A stretch of 64,000 nt of DNA from a virus. Position numbers and translations under genes: made by a program. The stretch is from IMG/VR virus record IMGVR_UViG_3300044617_001156; one strand, 5' to 3'. Below the pieces are notes generated by a model. The model did not search any database, had not been told where the DNA came from, and worked only from the letters and a program-made list of their open reading frames with translations. Shown here one piece after another: positions 55,221 to 64,000 of this stretch (its first letter is position 1; every line of letters starts with the position of its first letter).

Positions 55221-58200
55221 TTGAAAAAGAAATTATTATCACCCACTGAACTCAAGCAACTTCACGCTCAGCAAGAAGAGCAGAAGAAAATTCTTGCTAC
55301 CCAAAAATTAGAAGAAGAGAAAAATAAGAAATTAGTATCACCAAAGGAACTTCTAGACCCAGTAGTAGAACCCGTACCAATCGTTGAAAGTGTAGAAGTA
55401 TCTGAGGTTCCAAAGGACCCGATTGAAGTTCTGCGTGAGCGTATAGAAGAAGTACAATATTCAATACCAGAACCAAAGGATTATGACGAAGAGATTGCTT
55501 ATCTAGAAGCAATCCTTTCTACTAAATTAAATTCAAGTGACTTAAATCTTGAACCAATTCAGAATAGACTTTATGAACTAAAGGAAGAGATTTTAAATCT
55601 TCCTGAGGTTAAGTACTATGATGATGAGATTTCAGCACTTCAAGAACAACTGAACTCCATCGTAATTCCAGAAGTCAGATATTATGATGAGGAGATTTCA
55701 AGTCTTCAGCAGGAAATAAATGCGATTGAAATTCCTGAAGTTAAGTATTATGATAAAGACGTTCGGGATATTCACGAAAGACTAGACCTCATTAAACTAT
55801 CTGAAGATAATACCTTTCAGAAGCATGAAAGTATTCTGAATGAACTTAAAACTCTTACAAAGGAACTTACAAATAACTTAGAGCAGTTATACATTCCTGA
55901 AGAGTTTGATGCGTCTGAACTTGAAAATCATATCTCTACACTTCAAGAGAATGTAGTAGAAATCAAGAATGAATTATCTTCACTACCTGAAGTGAAGTAT
56001 TATGAGAATGAATTAACTGAACTTTCTCAGATGATAGAGAATGTAAGGAATTCTATTCCAAGCATTCCAGAAATTAAATACTATGATACTGAACTTCAAG
56101 ACTTAAGTTCTTTAATTGAAGAAGTTCGTAAGAATATTCCTGAACTTCCTGAGGTTCGTTATTATGAAAATGAAATCTCAGTACTGGAACAGAAGATTTT
56201 AGACGTTGAAAATCAAATTCCAGAGCTTCCAGAACTTCCTGAAGTTAAGTATTACGATAAAGAGATTACTCAACTTGAAGATAATGTTGTTTCTGTTAAG
56301 AAATCAATCAGCGAACTGAAGAAGTTAGTTGATGGTATTGAAATTCCAGTACCAACTGATTGGTCTTCAGATATTCAATCCATTTATAGAGAGATTGAAA
56401 AACTTAAGGAAGTACCAGTCCTTGAAGAAAGTACAGATCCCTTAGTACCATTAGATCAAAAGTTCGCAACTCTTGATGATCTCCAAAATCATTATCGGTT
56501 GTTTATCAATCGTATTCAACAACAACTCGCATCACTTGGTGGTGGTGGAGAAACACGTCTAGAGTTTTTAGATGATATAGACCGTACATCAGCAAAGACT
56601 GATGGTTACGTACTGTCTTATCAGGCATCTACTGGTAAGTTCATTGGTGTTCCGATGAGTGGCGGTGGTGGTGGTGGTGGTTCAGGCATCTCCACTTATG
56701 CTGATGTTGCTGGAATTGCTACCTATGCTACCAGTGCTGGAGTATCAACTTATGCTTCGATCGCAGGTATTGCTACTTATTCAAGTACTTCTGGTATCGC
56801 CACTTATGCGACAACTGCTGGTGTAGCAACTTACTCATCAGTATCTGGAATTTCCACTTACTCAGGCATTGCTGGTATCGCCACATATGCTACTACTGCT
56901 GGAATTGCTACCTATTCTGGTATTTCTGGTATTGCTACTTATGCCTCTAATGCAGGAGTAGCAACTTATTCTACATTCAGTGGTATTGCTACTTATTCCT
57001 CTAATGCAGGCGTAGCAACTTACTCAGGCATCGCTGGTGTTTCCACTTATTCAGCAACGGCTGGAATTGCTACCTATGCTTCAACCGCAGGTATCGCCAC
57101 TGTTTCTCAAGGACTAACAGGAACTCCTAGTATTTCTGTAAGTTCATTAACAGCATCTAATGCTTCTTTTAGTGGTATTGTAACCGCATCAAATAGTGCT
57201 GTAATCAAGACAGGAACAGCAACAACGGCATTAATTGTAGAAGGTGACGCAAGAGTTATTGGTATTCTTACGATTGGTACTTCCAGTATTACCTTGGATG
57301 GTACTATTAACCAAGTCAATGTAGGCACAGGTGTTACACTTCATCATACCAATGGAGTTCAAGTAGGAGGGAATACTCTTCATACTACTGGTCTCACACT
57401 TAATCATATTAATGTCTCAGGTATTTCTACAATATCTCAGTTAGACATCACTAATGGTATCAATGTAAGTGGAGTAATTAGCGCAACTGAATTTATTGGA
57501 AACTTTAGTGGTAATTCTTCAACAGCATCTTATGCTACTAATTCTGGTATTGCTACTTATGCCTCTAGTGCTGGTGTATCAACATACTCAAGTACTTCTG
57601 GTATCGCCACTTATTCAACAGCGGCTGGTATTGCTACTTATGCTTCTACAGCAGGTATCTCCACATACTCTACAACCGCTGGTGTAGCAACATATTCACC
57701 AGTATCTGGAGTGTCCACTTATTCAAATACTGCGGGTATAGCGACTTATTCTTCAGTATCTGGAATTGCTACCTACGCTATCAACGCGGGTATCTCCACT
57801 TATGCTTCTAGTGCTGGAATTGCTACTTATTCAAGTACTTCTGGTATTGCTACTTACGCTACCAATGCTGGTATATCAACTTACGCATCTACATCTGGTG
57901 TTTCTACTTATTCAGAAACTTCAGGTATCTCCACATATGCTAGCACTGCGGGAGTATCCACTTATGCTTCTAATGCTGGTGTAGCAACTTACTCATCAGT
58001 ATCAGGAATTGCTACTTATTCAACATCAAGTGGTATTGCAACTTATGCTTCATCAGCAGGCATAGCGACTTATGCACAAACTGCTGGTATTGCTACCTCT
58101 GCTGGAGCCGCAACGACAGCAACTTATCTTGCTGATGCTGCAAATATAATTACAGGAACAATTAATAAGGACAGAATTAGCACCACAAATGCTCTGACTA

Positions 58201-59984
58201 TTCTTGGTGACCTGTATGTAAGCAATAATATTTCTTTCGGTGGAACAGCAACTCAACTTAATACGCAGCAACTACAAATTTCTGATGCTGATATTGTATT
58301 AGGTATTGGAACCTCATTCAGTCCCACAGATAACACCGCAAATCACGGTGGTGTTGCAGTTGCTTCCACAGAAGGAACACCACTTGTAGATTTAAATATT
58401 GTTCCTGGTGAAACAAACCCATCCACATATAAGAAAATTATGTGGTTCAGGGGTGATACGATTGGTACTGGCCTAACTGATGCTTGGTTATTTAACTATG
58501 GTGTTGGTATTGGTTCTACACAAGTTCCCAATGGTGTAAGACTTGCTGCAGGTGCAGTTCAATTTACACAAAATGATTTAGCAGTCGTAAGAAATGTAAA
58601 CGCATCTGGTATTGTAACCGCATCAAATAGTGCTGTAATCAAAGCAGGAACCGCAACAACTGCTCTCATTGTTGAAGGCAACACCAGAATTGTTGGTATT
58701 CTCACCATTGGTAATTCTAGTATCACCTTAGATGGTGATATTAACCAAGTTAATGTTGGTTCTGGGGTTACACTTCACCATACCAATGGAGTTCAGGTAG
58801 GTGGAAATACTTTACATACTTCTGGTCTCACACTTAATCACGTCAATCTTTCTGGTATTACAACATTAGGTACTGTAAAGATTGCTTCAGGTATCGTTAC
58901 CGCAACTTCAGGTGTTGTTACTTATTATGGTGACGGTCAATATCTACAAAACATTCTTTCTGGAGTTGGTGTTGCTACTGCTGGAGGACTGGTAGGCACT
59001 GGGGCAACTATTTTAGATTTCCGTGGTGCTGGAATTTCTACAGTTACAGTTTCTGCTGGTATTGCAACCATCAATATAGTTGGTGGTGGAGGTGGTGGAG
59101 CAGTTAGTATTGGAACTCAAGCACCACCATCACCAACAAATGGTGACTTATGGTACAGTCCTGATTACGGAAGAACTTTCGTTTGGTATGATGAAGTAGC
59201 ATTAGGAATTGGTTCTACCTCAGTATGGGTTGATGCAGCTCCATTCAATAACTTCAAAGAAGAAGAATTAACTTCAGGAAAAGCAACAAATTCATTTACT
59301 GCAACTGGAAATCAATCACTATTCCCAGTAAGTTATACTGTTGGATATATTGATGTTTATTTGAATGGTATTCGCTTAAGTGATACTGAGTTCGTAGCAA
59401 CTAATGGTTCATCAATAACCTTAACTCAACCAGCATCATCTGGAGATATTATAGATGTCGTTCAATATACATTAGGCATTGGTGCTACTGGACCACAAGG
59501 TCCTCAGGGTCCTCTATCTCAAGTTGTTGGTATTACTTCAAGCATCGTACATTACCCATTAATCGTCTCTGGTGTTGGTAGTGTAACCGCATCCGTCACA
59601 ACAACATCCAATTACTTTAGTTTCACTCCATCCTCAGGAACTTTATCCGTAAATCAATTAAGTGTTGTTGGTGTAGCAACCGCAACTGATTTTAACTCAA
59701 CATCAGACATTAATCTGAAGGAAAATGTTAAGATTATTGATAACGCAGTTGATAAAGTAAATTCTATATCTGGTATTACCTTTAACTGGAAAGAAACTAA
59801 GAAACCTTCTGCTGGTGTAATTGCACAAGAAGTAGAAAAAGTTCTCCCAGAAATCGTACATGAAAATGATGGAAATAAAACTCTGAATTATAATGGTCTT
59901 ATTGGTCTTCTGATTGAAGCAGTCAAAGAGCAACAAGAGGAAATAAATAATTTGAAGACTAGACTTGAACGTTTGGAAGGATAA
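55221..59984 (+). CDS. Long tail fibre: PEVKYYD coiled-coil repeats, 9-aa AGIATYAST repeats, C-terminal S74 chaperone
   Basis: Repeats visible in the translation; FNSTSDINLK...GVIAQE...NYNGLIGLLIEAVKE. Confidence 0.88.
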   Translation: MKKKLLSPTELKQLHAQQEEQKKILATQKLEEEKNKKLVSPKELLDPVVEPVPIVESVEVSEVPKDPIEVLRERIEEVQYSIPEPKDYDEEIAYLEAILSTKLNSSDLNLEPIQNRLYELKEEILNLPEVKYYDDEISALQEQLNSIVIPEVRYYDEEISSLQQEINAIEIPEVKYYDKDVRDIHERLDLIKLSEDNTFQKHESILNELKTLTKELTNNLEQLYIPEEFDASELENHISTLQENVVEIKNELSSLPEVKYYENELTELSQMIENVRNSIPSIPEIKYYDTELQDLSSLIEEVRKNIPELPEVRYYENEISVLEQKILDVENQIPELPELPEVKYYDKEITQLEDNVVSVKKSISELKKLVDGIEIPVPTDWSSDIQSIYREIEKLKEVPVLEESTDPLVPLDQKFATLDDLQNHYRLFINRIQQQLASLGGGGETRLEFLDDIDRTSAKTDGYVLSYQASTGKFIGVPMSGGGGGGGSGISTYADVAGIATYATSAGVSTYASIAGIATYSSTSGIATYATTAGVATYSSVSGISTYSGIAGIATYATTAGIATYSGISGIATYASNAGVATYSTFSGIATYSSNAGVATYSGIAGVSTYSATAGIATYASTAGIATVSQGLTGTPSISVSSLTASNASFSGIVTASNSAVIKTGTATTALIVEGDARVIGILTIGTSSITLDGTINQVNVGTGVTLHHTNGVQVGGNTLHTTGLTLNHINVSGISTISQLDITNGINVSGVISATEFIGNFSGNSSTASYATNSGIATYASSAGVSTYSSTSGIATYSTAAGIATYASTAGISTYSTTAGVATYSPVSGVSTYSNTAGIATYSSVSGIATYAINAGISTYASSAGIATYSSTSGIATYATNAGISTYASTSGVSTYSETSGISTYASTAGVSTYASNAGVATYSSVSGIATYSTSSGIATYASSAGIATYAQTAGIATSAGAATTATYLADAANIITGTINKDRISTTNALTILGDLYVSNNISFGGTATQLNTQQLQISDADIVLGIGTSFSPTDNTANHGGVAVASTEGTPLVDLNIVPGETNPSTYKKIMWFRGDTIGTGLTDAWLFNYGVGIGSTQVPNGVRLAAGAVQFTQNDLAVVRNVNASGIVTASNSAVIKAGTATTALIVEGNTRIVGILTIGNSSITLDGDINQVNVGSGVTLHHTNGVQVGGNTLHTSGLTLNHVNLSGITTLGTVKIASGIVTATSGVVTYYGDGQYLQNILSGVGVATAGGLVGTGATILDFRGAGISTVTVSAGIATINIVGGGGGGAVSIGTQAPPSPTNGDLWYSPDYGRTFVWYDEVALGIGSTSVWVDAAPFNNFKEEELTSGKATNSFTATGNQSLFPVSYTVGYIDVYLNGIRLSDTEFVATNGSSITLTQPASSGDIIDVVQYTLGIGATGPQGPQGPLSQVVGITSSIVHYPLIVSGVGSVTASVTTTSNYFSFTPSSGTLSVNQLSVVGVATATDFNSTSDINLKENVKIIDNAVDKVNSISGITFNWKETKKPSAGVIAQEVEKVLPEIVHENDGNKTLNYNGLIGLLIEAVKEQQEEINNLKTRLERLEG
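55465..56280 (+). repeat. (L/I)PEV(K/R)YY(D/E) helical repeats, about 8 copies
   Basis: Seen in the translation. Confidence 0.85.
56683..58130 (+). repeat. 27-bp (9-aa, [AS]G[IV][AS]TY[AS]xx) tandem arrays in two blocks (about 56683-57110 and 57520-58130)
   Basis: Seen in the translation and DNA. Confidence 0.9.
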
Positions 59985-59986
59985 TA

Positions 59987-60724
59987 ATGGGAAAGGCACG
60001 TCAGTCAGCAAATCTAGTCAGCGACGATAATATCTTCGTAGATGTTAGTAACGATAGAGTTGGTATTGGAAGCACTGCACCAACCACAAAACTAGATGTA
60101 AATGGAACAGTCAAAGCAACTAGTTTCAGTGGTAATGGAAGTGGATTAACTAATCTATCAGTATCTTATGTTCCTACTGCTGGAGTTGCTACTTATTCTT
60201 CAACAGCAGGAGTATCTACAGTATCACAAGGTCTTACTGGAACTCCTAATATCTCAGTTGGTTTCGCCACAGTATCAAATAATCTTAATGTAAGTGGAGT
60301 TTCAACATCAAATGAAGCTAGATTTTTATCAGTTGCTGAAAGAATTGTAAGAGTTGATGGAAATACAGTAAGTATTGCTTATACAACCACTGGAGCAAAT
60401 ATTGGTTTATGTACCAATCCAACGGGTAATATTACATTAGCAGTTACTGGAATTCCAACTGATAGTTCTTTTGATAACCACGCCATTTCTTTTTCAATTT
60501 TCATCAATCAAACTGGGACGGCAAGAAGTTGTACGGCAGTGACTTTGAATGGAGTACCAGAAACTATTCGTTGGGCTGGTGGTTCGTTAGCAGCTGCTAT
60601 TGTCGGTGTTACGACATTAAGAGGATATGATATTTACAATTTCACAGGAATTAATACAATTGGTTCCGCAAGTACGGCAGCAAACTATGAAGTTCTCGGT
60701 GTTGTAAATGGAGGATTTAGATAA
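59987..60724 (+). CDS. Tail-fibre-associated protein
   Basis: NDRVGIGSTAPTTKLDVNG; shares TAGVATYS...VSQGLTGTP with the upstream fibre. Confidence 0.75.
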   Translation: MGKARQSANLVSDDNIFVDVSNDRVGIGSTAPTTKLDVNGTVKATSFSGNGSGLTNLSVSYVPTAGVATYSSTAGVSTVSQGLTGTPNISVGFATVSNNLNVSGVSTSNEARFLSVAERIVRVDGNTVSIAYTTTGANIGLCTNPTGNITLAVTGIPTDSSFDNHAISFSIFINQTGTARSCTAVTLNGVPETIRWAGGSLAAAIVGVTTLRGYDIYNFTGINTIGSASTAANYEVLGVVNGGFR

Positions 60725-60727
60725 GTT

Positions 60728-61720
60728 ATGTCTCCACTTATTTCTAGGATTAGTTCTGCTGGTATTATTAATTCGACAAGTGGATTTAATGTAGGAAGAA
60801 GAAGACCTGGTTTAGCACTGGGTCTTTATGATTTTACGACATTTACTTTTACTAACGGAACACAAACTGGACCAACTGGACCTGCATTAGCAAATCTTTT
60901 ATCAGCATATAATACTGGTACAAATCCTTGGTTGAATAATACCGCATATTTTAATACTACGAGTGGAATTCAATTATGGACTGTTCCTAAAACTGGTTCA
61001 TATACAATTGATGCTTATGGTGCTGCGGGTGGTAATGGTTCTCCAGGAACCGGCGGAGGTGCTGGTGCTCGCATGATGGGAACATTTAGCCTAACTCAAG
61101 GTGATAAAATAAGAATACTTGTCGGTCAAATGGGAGCATCTTCTGGTTTAGTTGGTGGTGGAGGTGGAGGAACTTTCGTCATGAAAGAAACTGGAACTGT
61201 AACATCAGACATTTATGTAATCGCTGGTGGTGGTGGAGGAGGATATTATTCTTCTTATAATAGTGGGTCGCAGACAGGAACAACATCATCGACAGGACAA
61301 ACCGGAAGAGATGGAGGATATGGTAGAAATGCTGGTTCTGGTGGAGCAGGTCCAAATGGAGGAAGTATCTCTCCAAATTTAAACGATGGTGGAGGAGCAG
61401 GTGGCGGATTAACTGGTAATGGAGCAAGTAGTCCATATTCAGCACAAGCAGCTGCTGGTTCTGGTGGAAATTCTTTCAGTAATGGTGGTAATGCAGCCAC
61501 TGGTAAGAGTTACCCCGGTGGTTTTGGTGGTGGTGGTTCCGGAGATTGGTATTCTTGGACCGGCGGCGGTGGCGGAGGAGGATATGGCGGTGGAGGTAGT
61601 GGATCTTATTATGGAAACGGTGGAGGTGGAGGTTCCTATAATAATGGAACCAGTCAAACAAATACATCTGGAGCAAGGTCAGGTGCTCATGGACAAGTAA
61701 TCATAACCTTCGTTTCTTAA
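60728..61720 (+). CDS. Glycine-rich adhesin-like protein (ALK/LTK-like Gly-rich domain)
   Basis: GIQLWTVP.TG.Y.I.A.GA.GG...G.GA...LVGQ.G...GGGGGTFV...IAGGGGG. Confidence 0.8.
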   Translation: MSPLISRISSAGIINSTSGFNVGRRRPGLALGLYDFTTFTFTNGTQTGPTGPALANLLSAYNTGTNPWLNNTAYFNTTSGIQLWTVPKTGSYTIDAYGAAGGNGSPGTGGGAGARMMGTFSLTQGDKIRILVGQMGASSGLVGGGGGGTFVMKETGTVTSDIYVIAGGGGGGYYSSYNSGSQTGTTSSTGQTGRDGGYGRNAGSGGAGPNGGSISPNLNDGGGAGGGLTGNGASSPYSAQAAAGSGGNSFSNGGNAATGKSYPGGFGGGGSGDWYSWTGGGGGGGYGGGGSGSYYGNGGGGGSYNNGTSQTNTSGARSGAHGQVIITFVS

Positions 61721-61769
61721 GACACTAAAAGAGTTCTAATAGAATAAATAGATGTAAAAAGAAATAAAA

Positions 61770-62849
61770 ATGTCTTTAATTCGCTCAAGATTAGTAGGAG
61801 ATGTTGTCTCCGGTTCGACATTTGCCGGTATTGTAACAGCAACTGGTTTTCAAGGGAATTTAGTAGGCAATGTAACTGGTAATGTAACTGGAAACGTCAC
61901 TGGAAATGTAACGGGTAACCTTACTGGAAACGTCACTGGAAATGCAAATATAGGAATTCTTACAGTAACATCAACAATTACTGTAGGTAATAGCACTGGT
62001 AACGCAGGACAATATCTCCAGTCTACTGGAGTTGGTGTTACCTGGGCAGATATCAGTACTTTTATAGGTGGGCGTGATTCTATTCTAATTGGTTTTAATT
62101 CTGTAGGTCTTAGAAGTGATAGTGGTAATGGAAGATTAGAAGTATTTGGAACTGGCAATTTTAGAGTGTATGACTCTCCAGGAACATTTGTAGTTAATCC
62201 TGGCATTTCATCAATTCGAGTAAGAGTTGTTGGTGCTGGTGGTAATGGAAGTCCATCAACATTAGGTCCAAGCGGCAACCCCGGAGTCAGCGGTGGTGGT
62301 GGAGGAGGTGGAGGATATGCCCATAAAGTAATCACTAGTTTCTCAGCACCAAGAACTTATACTGTTACCGTAGGAACTCCTGGTGGAGGAACAAGTTCTT
62401 TTGGAAGTGAGGTTTCGGCAACTGGCGGTTCAGTTGGATCAATTATCTTTGGAGGAACAGGTGGTTCTGGTATCAATGGAGATTTTAATGCAACAGGAGC
62501 TACAGGTCCATCAGTTTCACCAGGTGTGTTCCCACCAACGGGCGTTGGAGGAGGCACCGGTGCACCTGGCGGTGCTGCAGGAACTCAAAAAGGAAATGGT
62601 TCTGGTATCAATGTTCCGTCACCAGCAACCCCATCAACTACAAGACGTTTTATAAATAGATTTCCTTTTGATATTTTTGAAAGTGAATTAAGCGTCGGTA
62701 ACGGTGGCAGCTCCGGTTCTGGTGGCGGCCCATCTTTATCTGGCAGCCCAGGAGGAATTGGTGGCGGTGGTGGAGGTGGAGTTGGAGGTTTTCTTCAAGC
62801 GGGTGCTGGTGGAGCCGGTGGTCGCGGTATTGTAATCGTAGAATGGTAA
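61770..62849 (+). CDS. Glycine-rich tail adhesin-like protein with GNVT repeats
   Basis: (GNVT)n near 61866-61945; PGTFVV.PGI..IRVRVVGAGG...GGGGGYA; G.VIVEW end. Confidence 0.8.
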   Translation: MSLIRSRLVGDVVSGSTFAGIVTATGFQGNLVGNVTGNVTGNVTGNVTGNLTGNVTGNANIGILTVTSTITVGNSTGNAGQYLQSTGVGVTWADISTFIGGRDSILIGFNSVGLRSDSGNGRLEVFGTGNFRVYDSPGTFVVNPGISSIRVRVVGAGGNGSPSTLGPSGNPGVSGGGGGGGGYAHKVITSFSAPRTYTVTVGTPGGGTSSFGSEVSATGGSVGSIIFGGTGGSGINGDFNATGATGPSVSPGVFPPTGVGGGTGAPGGAAGTQKGNGSGINVPSPATPSTTRRFINRFPFDIFESELSVGNGGSSGSGGGPSLSGSPGGIGGGGGGGVGGFLQAGAGGAGGRGIVIVEW

Positions 62850-62862
62850 GGAGGTAAAAACC

Positions 62863-63408
62863 ATGCGTTACGCACTCATCGAAAATAATGTAGTCAAAGA
62901 TGTCTTTGAAGAACCAAATGGTTTTTCTATTCAAGAATGTTTTTGTCCTGAATTAGCATCTAAGTATATTCCGTGCCCTATTAATATTGCAGAGGGTGAC
63001 TTTTATGACCCCAACACCAACCAATTTGACGAAAACCCAGATAAGAAATTCCCATCTTATGCTGATTGGTTTAATTCAGTAACAAATAAGAGAAGTCAAC
63101 TCTTATCATATGCTTTGGAATTAAATCCAACAATCAATGGTCTTCCAATGAATTTTTCAAGACTCACAGAATATAAAACTGCATTGAGTCTTGTAATTTC
63201 TGGTGTTGACGATGTAGTAGAAATTGATAGAAAAGAATTTACTGGAGATGATTTTAAATTAATGATTAATGCTCTTAAGAAGTTCAATGAAGATAAGCAA
63301 TCAGTTGAACTAGACCACTTAAATAAAATCAATTCTTTAAATCATGCATCACATATTGATGCTTATGATTTCACCACTGGATGGCCAGAGACAACCATTT
63401 CAATCTGA
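62863..63408 (+). CDS. Tail-fibre assembly chaperone-like protein
   Basis: MRYALIENNVV...; C-terminal I.AYD...GWP; AGGAGG RBS. Confidence 0.6.
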   Translation: MRYALIENNVVKDVFEEPNGFSIQECFCPELASKYIPCPINIAEGDFYDPNTNQFDENPDKKFPSYADWFNSVTNKRSQLLSYALELNPTINGLPMNFSRLTEYKTALSLVISGVDDVVEIDRKEFTGDDFKLMINALKKFNEDKQSVELDHLNKINSLNHASHIDAYDFTTGWPETTISI

Positions 63409-63436
63409 ACTAGATAATACATCTTACATTTAAATT

Positions 63437-64000
63437 ATGATTTCGTCATATTTTACCGAACAGAAATTTGACCTCAATAAGATACCACCAGTCATAAATC
63501 CTGAGGAATTTAAACATAAAACTCAGGAATTTTGGTATCTAAAACATCATGACTACCAACCATTTGTATTCGTAGATGATGTATTTGGTGAAGATGAGGT
63601 CAATCAAATCATCAAACTTGGAAATCTTTATGTAGAAGAACAAGCATATACTGGCGGAACAATTGGTGCAATCAACAAAGAAATTCGTGCATGTAAACTT
63701 GCTTGGATGTTTCCAAATAACTACACTGAGTGGATTTATCGAAAAATTACTGATGTAGTCAATCAAGTTAATGAGCAGTACTTTAAGTTTGATTTGACCA
63801 AATTGGAAACTTTACAATTTACAAAGTATAAGGAAGAAGAAAGTGGATTTTATGAGAAACACACTGACCCAATACCAGGTCAATATCTACCAGAAAATCG
63901 TAAGTTAAGTCTTGTCGTTCAACTTTCAGACCCCAGTGAGTATGAAGGTGGAGACTTATGTTTGCATACAGCAAAGGACCCTACAGTTATTGAAAAGAAA
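63437..64000 (+). CDS. 2OG-Fe(II) oxygenase (PKHD-type), truncated by the window end
   Basis: Hand-translated: LQFTKY...FY..HTD...RKLS.VVQLSDPSEYEGGDL. Confidence 0.88.
   Translation, partial: MISSYFTEQKFDLNKIPPVINPEEFKHKTQEFWYLKHHDYQPFVFVDDVFGEDEVNQIIKLGNLYVEEQAYTGGTIGAINKEIRACKLAWMFPNNYTEWIYRKITDVVNQVNEQYFKFDLTKLETLQFTKYKEEESGFYEKHTDPIPGQYLPENRKLSLVVQLSDPSEYEGGDLCLHTAKDPTVIEKK

Noticed and set aside
56683-58130. Ice-nucleation protein repeats
   Set aside because: Period is 9 aa rather than 8/16 aa, and the context is a tail fibre with an S74 chaperone.
470-63766. Many short antisense or alternate-frame ORFs in the track (e.g. 470-691, 14478-14747, 17910-18482, 24092-24622, 61850-62335, 63539-63766)
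   Set aside because: Fully nested in confidently assigned genes; explained by codon bias of Gly/Thr/Pro-rich sequence.

Overview
64 kb of a T4-like cyanomyovirus genome (probably infecting picocyanobacteria; a freshwater lineage is only an inference). 1-11 kb: photosynthesis and auxiliary metabolic genes plus the replication core (psbD, HNH, glutaredoxin, speD, thyX, phoH, exonuclease, gp33, HNH, gp59, gp32). This part also holds a compact nitrogen-sensing unit: an NtcA box, a sigma70 promoter, tandem glutamine-riboswitch-like RNAs and a DUF4278 peptide. 11-27 kb: baseplate and tail module (gp53, gp48, gp4, gp54-like, gp26/gp51 with a candidate -1 frameshift, two long hub or tape-measure-like proteins, CP12, gp5-like). 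27-30 kb: small genes, tRNA-Thr(UGU), a frameshifted GIY-YIG homing endonuclease and a Mom-like GNAT. 30-64 kb: a large tail-fibre/adhesin island. In it, four paralogous six-repeat (putative beta-propeller) proteins with Pro-containing variable loops and three Gly-rich proteins are interleaved with six 2OG-Fe(II) oxygenases, two glycosyltransferases, two sulfotransferases and a radical SAM/SPASM enzyme. The leading novel hypothesis is a phage-encoded pathway (hydroxylate, glycosylate, sulfate) that decorates recombinationally shuffled receptor-binding proteins. All calls come from motif recognition by eye; no database searches were run.
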